This document shows, one piece after another, positions 18,918 to 27,100 of a stretch of 64,000 bases of DNA; the stretch's first letter is position 1, and every line of letters starts with the position of its first letter. Under the pieces are notes generated by a model. That model saw only the letters and a list, made by a program, of their open reading frames with translations. It was not told the origin of the DNA and searched no databases. Origin of the DNA: a virus. The DNA lies in IMG/VR virus record IMGVR_UViG_3300038829_000127, positions 4,975 to 68,974 of that record; one strand, 5' to 3'. Position numbers and translations under genes: made by a program.

Positions 18918-21562
18918 TGGCTATCTGGGCAGCTTTGGGCATGCTGGTTTTGAACATTATCATATCCAGGCTTACGGCACGCCCGCCAAAGCTCGAGCAC
19001 GAGAAACCCAAGGGCCTGGGTGATTTCAACATCACGACGGCTACTGAGGGCCGGCCTGTCCCGGTGATCTTCGGACGGGTGCGTCTGAATGGCCCCAATG
19101 TTCTATGGTACGGGGATCTCGCGTTCTCTCCCTACACATGGCGGAGTGTCACCCAGGGGTATCACTACAATCTGGGCCTTCAGTGGGGCCTTTGCCGTGG
19201 GCCCGTGAATGCCCTGCTGAACATCTGGGTCGGGGACAAGCTGGCGTGGACTGGAACACATGTCACCGGGGATCCAGACATTGACATCCTGGACCTGAAT
19301 TTCTTTGGTGGAGACTCACAGGGCTCCAACCAGCGTGGGGGATTGAGTGGGCTGGTTGGGTTGGCTTTTGGCACTACGTCGCAGGCCATAGACAGCTATC
19401 TGAACACGAAGCAGGATCCGGCAATTCCGTACCACGGCACCTGCTATGCGGTTGCCAGAAACCATTCCTTGAATGGCGGCTTCTACATTGGCAACGATAC
19501 CAGTTTGGATGAGTGGAACTTTGAGGTGGAGCGGTACCCCAACACACTGGCTGTGTCGGGCGGTAAAGAGCGCATCGGCAACGGGGCTAACCCGATGTGC
19601 GTGCTGTACGAGTTGTTGAACAGCACTGAGTACGGTATTGGTGAGCCCAGGACTAGCATAGACGTGGCCACTCTGACGGCTTTGGCTGACATCTTGTACT
19701 CCGAGAACAACAGCTTCCGCTACATCTGGGATTCAGAAACAACCATTGGCTCTCTCATCAAGGAGCTTGAGCACCAGGTGGATGGGATGCTGTTCTTCGA
19801 CCATGCCACAGGAAAGCATACCTTCAAGCTATTTCGTCAGGACTACAGCATACCTGCCATCCCTGTCATAGACGAGAGCATGATCACCTCTCTCGAGGAT
19901 AAGACTGAAGCCTCATGGGAAGAAACATTCAACGCGGTGCGTGTCGAGTATTCTGAGCCGTTCAAGGACTACCAGCAGTCTTTTGCTTTGGCGCAGGACG
20001 GGGCCAACCAGGCGATTGTGGGTCGGACGAATGTGACAACAATCGCCTACCCGGGGTGTAAGTCAGCCACGTTGGCCAACGTGCTTGCGTGGCGAGATCT
20101 ACGGCAGGAGTCCTACCCGCTGGCGAAATTCAGGTTTATTGGTAACCGAAAGCTGTATGGTCTGCAGTTCGGTGATGTGGTTCAGATTGATTACAGAAAT
20201 TTCAGCATGAGGGCTCGAGTCTTTGCCGTGGATTACGGCGATATCAACGATGGCAAAGTTGGTTTCACGGTGTTGCGTGAGACGTTTCACAACGAGCCGG
20301 GAACCTTTGCCCCGCCTGACCTGACACGTTGGGGCGAAAGCAACACGATACCCATCCCCTTTAACGCTGCGGACCAGGTTGCGCTAGAGGCGCCGTTCGC
20401 CATTATAGACAGGCATGACACGCGGTTTACGTGGCCACAGTTAATGACCATGGCGCGTCGGCAGGCAACGTCAAACCTGTATGCCTCTTTCTACAGAGCG
20501 TACACTCGGCAGGGGCTTACTTCGGGTGGGGAAGAGGCCACGTACTCATCGATAGAGGATGTGGTATCTGGGCCGGAGGGCTTTGGCTTCGCCATAGTGA
20601 TGACGCTGCGTAGCTCATTGCTCGGGCTAACCAGTGCTTTTCCGGCTGATGGGACTGTGGACATACAGCTTGATCCACTGGCTGATGACGGCTATGGCTA
20701 TGCGGCTGATTTGGATATTGTTATTCCGGATGAGCTGATAAACACACAGGGCATCGGTATTGTGGTCATTGAGCCCAATACAGCAAACGAAGAGTGGGTT
20801 ATTTGCCGTGAGGTGTACAAGTGGTCGGCGGTGTACCCAATTTCCTATGGCATCCGTAACTGTTACCGGGGTGCTTTGGATTCTGCCGTCAAGCCGCATG
20901 CAGCGGGATCAAGGGTATGGTTCACATTTGTGGGCGCGCAGCCTATGAATGGGGTTGGATTGTTGCTGGATCCTTCTTTGCGTACCTATGAAACCAGATA
21001 TTACAAGCTGAAGTTGCAACCGGCCAATCCGTCAATTGCGGCGCCTATTGCGGACTGTGGCGAAATACCCGAGGTTGTCGTCAGCTCGTTTCGGTATGTT
21101 AAGCCAACCCTGCCCAGAGAGTTGTATATCAACGATGTGAGGTACCCGGCCACTGTGGATTCGAACTTCAACACAGGGGGCGGAGTAGCTGGGTTCAAGT
21201 TTAAGTTTTTGAGAACACAGTGGAGGAACAGCAGGGCACTGGCTCATGTTCGTGGTTTTGACGCTGACGGAATCACTCCGTTCACGGACCCTACTTTGGA
21301 TACCCTGTACTACTCGTATCATTTCTACAACATGGCCACAGGATCGCCTGTCAGTCTTTTCACTGCAAATGGCTCATCAGGCGTTGGCAACGATGTGGTT
21401 GTTATTCTACGCAGCATAGTGGTGTCGTATACTGGCGGGACGATGCCAGCACGTTTGCGAGTAGAGATTCAGGCGCGGCACACTCCCTCAGAGTACCCAA
21501 CGGGGGGCTACAGCAACATCGCGTCCCGTGATATTCTGACCTTTGATTTCGACGTGACGTAG
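18917..21562 (+). CDS. tail tip/central tail fibre protein (GTA-like)
   Basis: TATEGRPVPVIFG.V...GPNVLWYGD; ANP.CVLYELL; GALDS....H.AG.RVW. Confidence 0.85.
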   Translation: MAIWAALGMLVLNIIISRLTARPPKLEHEKPKGLGDFNITTATEGRPVPVIFGRVRLNGPNVLWYGDLAFSPYTWRSVTQGYHYNLGLQWGLCRGPVNALLNIWVGDKLAWTGTHVTGDPDIDILDLNFFGGDSQGSNQRGGLSGLVGLAFGTTSQAIDSYLNTKQDPAIPYHGTCYAVARNHSLNGGFYIGNDTSLDEWNFEVERYPNTLAVSGGKERIGNGANPMCVLYELLNSTEYGIGEPRTSIDVATLTALADILYSENNSFRYIWDSETTIGSLIKELEHQVDGMLFFDHATGKHTFKLFRQDYSIPAIPVIDESMITSLEDKTEASWEETFNAVRVEYSEPFKDYQQSFALAQDGANQAIVGRTNVTTIAYPGCKSATLANVLAWRDLRQESYPLAKFRFIGNRKLYGLQFGDVVQIDYRNFSMRARVFAVDYGDINDGKVGFTVLRETFHNEPGTFAPPDLTRWGESNTIPIPFNAADQVALEAPFAIIDRHDTRFTWPQLMTMARRQATSNLYASFYRAYTRQGLTSGGEEATYSSIEDVVSGPEGFGFAIVMTLRSSLLGLTSAFPADGTVDIQLDPLADDGYGYAADLDIVIPDELINTQGIGIVVIEPNTANEEWVICREVYKWSAVYPISYGIRNCYRGALDSAVKPHAAGSRVWFTFVGAQPMNGVGLLLDPSLRTYETRYYKLKLQPANPSIAAPIADCGEIPEVVVSSFRYVKPTLPRELYINDVRYPATVDSNFNTGGGVAGFKFKFLRTQWRNSRALAHVRGFDADGITPFTDPTLDTLYYSYHFYNMATGSPVSLFTANGSSGVGNDVVVILRSIVVSYTGGTMPARLRVEIQARHTPSEYPTGGYSNIASRDILTFDFDVT

Positions 21563-21589
21563 CAAGTACCTGCCAACAGGGGGAGAACA

Positions 21590-22513
21590 ATGAGGAAACT
21601 GCTTGTGGCCCTTGGGATGCTGCTGATCCCCATGGCCGCTAATGCTGGTCCGGAGGTCGTGTACTCCGGCATAGACACGATGCGGTTCCAAAACGGTCGC
21701 TACCCGACTAGCGACTACGCCGGCATCACAGACGCCTACATCAAGGCGAACGACGACAGCATGAATTTCGGGGGGTCGCCGTGGCTGCGGGCAGCGGGGC
21801 TGTCCGCCACAGCCGGTGCTGTCTCTACGGTTGTAGCCGTTGATGTGTCTGCGTTTCCCAACAACGGACTGGTCTATCGCGCCAGATTCAAGGTGTACCA
21901 GCGATCGTTGGTGACAAGCGCGAATGACCCGCAGTTGACCCTGTACCGTTTGTACAGGCCCTTTACCGAAGGGAGCGGTGATTCAACGACATCCACAACT
22001 AGCGTAACGTGGGTGACTCGCATGTCTGGCTCAAGCTGGGTGTCAGCGGGGGCCACCAGCCGGGCGTCACAAAGCATAGGCGGGTCGTGGCAAAGCGCCA
22101 GTGCAATTGCAGACACTGCATGGTACACCACGAACTATGTTGGTGCGGACTCGCTGGACACAGGCTCAACGACTGACACACCTACCGATCCAGTTGTCAC
22201 TCGAAGCACCAAGGCTGGATCAGTGGGGGGTGACCAGGTTGCCAAGCAGACCGGCATGGTTACATTCGACGTGACAACCCTGGTGCGACAGGCGATGAAC
22301 CAGTCGATGGTCACAAATAGTGACCAGATTGTTCGATTTGTGATCGTGGCAGACGAGGGCGAGTTTGGGTTGACGGGGGATCTGTACTGGCGATCGTCCG
22401 AGTGGGTAGATCCGAGCTATCGGCCTGCGCTGGAGGTGGAGTTCCTGGATCCTGCTGCCACATCAAGCACCATGGCCGGGCGCCGTGTGCTGGGGCCGTA
22501 CATTGTCAATTAA
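21590..22513 (+). CDS. signal-peptide protein with DNRLRE-like beta domain
   Basis: MRKLLVALGMLLIPMAANA signal; DAYI.....NFG...L, FDVT.LV, SSE...YRP.LEVE motifs. Confidence 0.7.
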   Translation: MRKLLVALGMLLIPMAANAGPEVVYSGIDTMRFQNGRYPTSDYAGITDAYIKANDDSMNFGGSPWLRAAGLSATAGAVSTVVAVDVSAFPNNGLVYRARFKVYQRSLVTSANDPQLTLYRLYRPFTEGSGDSTTSTTSVTWVTRMSGSSWVSAGATSRASQSIGGSWQSASAIADTAWYTTNYVGADSLDTGSTTDTPTDPVVTRSTKAGSVGGDQVAKQTGMVTFDVTTLVRQAMNQSMVTNSDQIVRFVIVADEGEFGLTGDLYWRSSEWVDPSYRPALEVEFLDPAATSSTMAGRRVLGPYIVN

Positions 22514-23708
22514 GCGCCGCGTCCAGTCGGTCTTTTTGGCCGTAGCATTGTGCCTGATTCCGTTGTGTGCCCACGCGGTTGACGGGATCCACTACCCGTG
22601 GAAGTTTGGCGTTCTTTCTGACACCCACGCCGCGTGGGGGTTCGGGCTGTGCGGGGGTGTGTCGAACACGTTGCCGCTTCGTGCCTGTGTGGACACACTC
22701 AACAGCATGGGTGTTGACTTCTGCATTCTCAACGGGGACTGGGGCGGAGGACAGGTCTGGCTACTCCACCAGAAGCAGATTGACAGCTTGTATGCAGCCC
22801 TCATTACGAGAGCGCAGTTCCCCATCTGGCCTGTCCTGGGCAACCACGAAGCCCATAAGGACGACACGCTTGCTGTGGTTAACCCCTACGCGCAGGCCAT
22901 TGCGCGTTTCCCCGGTTACTTCCAGGGTAAGAACTACTACTACAAGGACTGGAAGAATCTCCGATTCATCGCGTTGAACACTAACGTGAACTATGATGTT
23001 CACGATCCAGGTGATTACCTGGTCAACAATCCGTTTGGCTATTCAGCCATCGGTGGTGTTCCAGCACTAGACTACGATGGTCTTCATTCGGCAACTGGAA
23101 CGCAGCGTGTCTGGCTGGCCAACACGCTGGCTACCCGCAACAAAAACCACTGGCTGCTGGTTGGCGGACACAGGGGGGTTTACGGATCCAGCGCCAACAA
23201 CCCGTATCGCTACAACTACAATGCCGGGAGGGCTGGCAGGTACGTGAAACAGATGGAGGACTCGCTGCTCACCGGAGAACGTGGTGCAATGATTTTCGGT
23301 GATGAGCATCTTCCGCACTGGCTGACCTACGCCATCAGGGATTCCGCGTTGGCCGGTCCTACGGAAAAGGGTTTCTTCCATTTCACCGTAGCCTCCGGGT
23401 CCGGTGCCCGAGAGGGCGATTCCACGGAAGTCTTCGGTGGTGCCGGGCTGCAGTCGTTCGTCTACTACGACACGGCGACGGTCAGCAATCAGGGGCGCAC
23501 TCGTGGTGGGTGGCTCGAGAACATGACACTGGCGGACGATCTGGGCCTGCCCTGTCAGTTCACGTTTGCTGTCGGAACTGTTACGGGGGACCACATGTTT
23601 CTCGAGTTTTTCCGCACCTGGACAGAGGCGGATTCAGGTGCGGTAGGCTATAATGGAGCCGGACATCACAGCCTGATCACCTGGGCTACACTTTCACGGG
23701 ATAATTAG
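22485..23708 (+). CDS. metallophosphoesterase (calcineurin-like/purple acid phosphatase fold), probably exported
   Basis: DTH, NGD, GNHE, GH and GDEH motifs; hydrophobic N-terminus ending AHA; start uncertain. Confidence 0.78.
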   Translation: MCWGRTLSIKRRVQSVFLAVALCLIPLCAHAVDGIHYPWKFGVLSDTHAAWGFGLCGGVSNTLPLRACVDTLNSMGVDFCILNGDWGGGQVWLLHQKQIDSLYAALITRAQFPIWPVLGNHEAHKDDTLAVVNPYAQAIARFPGYFQGKNYYYKDWKNLRFIALNTNVNYDVHDPGDYLVNNPFGYSAIGGVPALDYDGLHSATGTQRVWLANTLATRNKNHWLLVGGHRGVYGSSANNPYRYNYNAGRAGRYVKQMEDSLLTGERGAMIFGDEHLPHWLTYAIRDSALAGPTEKGFFHFTVASGSGAREGDSTEVFGGAGLQSFVYYDTATVSNQGRTRGGWLENMTLADDLGLPCQFTFAVGTVTGDHMFLEFFRTWTEADSGAVGYNGAGHHSLITWATLSRDN

Positions 23709-23716
23709 GGGGAGCC

Positions 23717-24181
23717 ATGAATAAACTGATCGGTCTTGTCCTCTGCCTGCTGGTTCTTCCTGTGGGGGTGGCGGCCTACGATCTCACGACGGCCCCAATC
23801 GACAAGACCAACCGCCCTTTCCACCGGGATATCAAGTGGACAGCCACCGGTGGTCTGGACACGTTGGAGACAGGTGCCACATTCAACAGCATTGTGGGCT
23901 GGCTTACCGCAGGCTCGACCGCAACATTCGAGGCCAGGCTGATCCCGTATGCTGTCAACGACCTCATACAGTTGGGCACGGCCCCGCCCGACTCGTTGCA
24001 GTCACAAACGAACTACGGTGGCACTCTGAACGAAACGTCTTTCCACACCTACAGCGTGATCGACGTTCTCAACTTCGGGCACACGGCTCAAATGTGGGAG
24101 GGTGTGATCCTCCAGGCGGAGGCCGGCACCATCATCAACATTTCATTTGACAGGATGCTGCCCAATGCGCCGATTCGCTAG
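23717..24181 (+). CDS. signal-peptide hypothetical protein
   Basis: GGGGGAG SD; MNKLIGLVLCLLVLPVGVAA. Confidence 0.7.
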   Translation: MNKLIGLVLCLLVLPVGVAAYDLTTAPIDKTNRPFHRDIKWTATGGLDTLETGATFNSIVGWLTAGSTATFEARLIPYAVNDLIQLGTAPPDSLQSQTNYGGTLNETSFHTYSVIDVLNFGHTAQMWEGVILQAEAGTIINISFDRMLPNAPIR

Positions 24182-27100
24182 CCTCGCGTTCTTCGTCATA
24201 CTTCTCGTCTGCGCCTCGGCGTTCGGGCCGCAGCACCGGCGTGGCCGCGGTGGCGGGCACCCACATAACACAGATACTACGGCTCCGGCCACGTCCACGC
24301 TGTCCTACGTCAGTACGACCATGACCAGCATCACGCTGACGTGGACCGCCCCGGGCGACAACGCCAACACGGGCCGGGCTGCCCGGTACGACGTGCGTTA
24401 CGTGGCAGGCAGCTCTCTGGGCGCATGGGCCTCGGCCACACGAGCCACAGGGGAGCCCTACCCGTCGCACGCTGGCACCACAGAAGTGTTCACCGTCACG
24501 AGGCTGGCGCCCGGTACCACGTACACGTTCGCCATGAAAACGGCGGACGAGGTGCCAAATACCAGCGGCCAGTCCAACTCGGTGACCCACGCCACAGCAT
24601 CGGTGCCGGATAACATCCCACCGGTGGCTATCGCAGACCTGGCCGTGGGCAATCCCACACAGACCACCATGCAACTCACATGGACCGCGCCCGGTGATGA
24701 CGGTAGCACGGGCACGGCCACAGCCTACGAGGTCCGCTACTCGACCGCACCCATAACTCTGGGCAATTTCCCGGTGTCCACGCTCGTTGCACAGACGATG
24801 ACACCGCAGGTGGCGGCCAGCGCGGAAACGCTGGCTGTTTCTGGCCTGACTGCCAGCACCCTCTACTATTTTGCGGTGAAGACAAGCGATGATCTGGGCA
24901 ACATGTCTGGCCTGTCCAACGTGGTTTCGGATACGACAGCGGCAGTGCCGCAGATCGTGGACCAGACGGCCCCCGCTGCAGTTGAAAACCTGTCTGTCGC
25001 GGTCAACGGGAGCACCGGGGTGCTTCTCGCATGGGTCACGACCGGTGACGATGGCAACACCGGCCTGGCTACGAGTTACGACTTGCGGCGCAGCACAGCC
25101 AACATCACATCGGGCAATTTTGCCGTAGCCACGCAGATCACGGGGGAGCCGGCGCCCAGCATTGCCGGCACGACTGACTCATATTACGTCACGGGGCTTT
25201 CCACCGGCACGGTCTACTATTTTGCCATAAAGGTCATTGACGATGTGGGTAACACGTCTGCGATCTCCAACATCGCCACGGTCACCACACAAAGCTCAGC
25301 GGATGTCACCGCACCGACCGCCGTCAGTGACCTTGCCCTGGGCACGCTCACGGCCAACAGCATCACGGCCACATGGACCGCCCCGGGGGATGACGCTGAA
25401 TCCGGCACGGCTGTCAGTTACAATTTGCGGTACTCAACAGCCGCCATAACCAGTGGCAATTTTTCAAGCGCCACAAGCGTCTCGCTTATGCCCGCGCCCG
25501 ACACGGCTGGCACAGTCCAGACCAAGCGTGTGCCCAACCTGGCTCCCAGTACGCTGTACTACTTTGCCCTGAAGACCACGGATGAGGCATCCAACACGTC
25601 GGCCATATCGAACGTGCCCTCTGCGTCCACCACTGCCGTTGCTGATGTTGCGGCCCCGGATCCGGTGTCCACGCTCAGTATTGCGTCACTTACACCGACC
25701 AGTGTTACGCTCGCATGGACGGCAACCGGGGATGATGCCAGCACAGGAACAGCCTCGACATACGATCTGCGCTATTCGACGAGCCTGATCACAGCGTTCA
25801 ACTTTGCTGCGGCCACCGCTGCAACCGGAGAGTCCTTCCCGTTAGCGGCTGGCAGTGCAGAAAGCTACACAGTCACGGGCCTCTCAACTGGCGTGCTGTA
25901 CTACTTCGCGCTCGTCGTCTACGACGAGGCCGCGAACAGTTCCGGGCTTTCAAACGTGCCATCTGCAACTACCTCGCAGCCTGTGGACGTGGTAGCCCCT
26001 GCGGTTGTGGCCAACCTCTATGTTCAGTCGGTTACCAGCACAAGTGCAGTACTGACATGGACCGCTCCCGGCGATGATGGCGCAGTAGGTCTTGCCTCCA
26101 CCTACGACATACGTTCTGGCGCATCGTCTGCCACAGTTAGCGGTTGGACGGCTGCTTTCAGGGCTGCGGGAGAACCCACACCCTTTGCGGCAGGCGCAAC
26201 GCAGACGTTTACGTTCAGCGACCTGAGTCCTTCCAGCACATTTTACGTGGGCCTGAAGTCGCAGGATGAAGTTCCCAATACATCGGGGCTGTCCAACATC
26301 ATTCTCGTAGAGACGTTGCCAGAGAATGTCGCTCCGGCTGCCATCACGGATCTGGTTGCAACAGCCAGCACCAGCAACTCGATCACGCTCTCCTGGACGG
26401 AGGTCGGCAACGATAGCCTGACAGGTACTGCGTCAAGCCATACGATTCTCTACGCGCAGGCCCCGACGCCTGTCACGGGCATGGTGCCTGTAGTGGCGAA
26501 CGGTGGCACATGGTCCCCGTCGAACTCGCCCTATACCGTAGGCAACTTCACGCAGGCGGTTGGGTCCGGTGCAAATGCCTACAACCCCGCTGCCGCGGCA
26601 GCCAAGTTGCTCGGGCAGGCGCACCCGATGCTGCACACGATTGCCGGTGGGTCGTGGCCCGTTACCGCGGGCTATGCAGAGTGCCTGTCCGCCATCCTGG
26701 GTGCGTGCTACCAGCACCATGCTGTCAATGAAGCGTGGACAATTGCAACTCTCGCCACGGACGGGGCAATCCCCCTGGGCGGATTTGGCGCGCCCCTTTC
26801 CCCCGGGACAATTGTTGGCAACCTGGCTTCTCGAGGTTTCGAGGGGGCAACGGTGTACGTCAATCTGAGTACATCGTCCAACACGAATAACCCCCCGTTT
26901 GGCCTGCTGCCACCCTCTGGTTTCTACGTGTCGTGGAACGGTTCTCCCATGAGCAATGCCTACGGGAGATTCCCCAAGTACGGTGGAATCTTCTGGGGCA
27001 ACCTGACCGCTAGCACGATCGACATCATCAAGGACTGGTCGGACATCGCACTCAGCGAGTCAAATGCGAACGGTCCCACCGATGGGGACACTCAGATTGC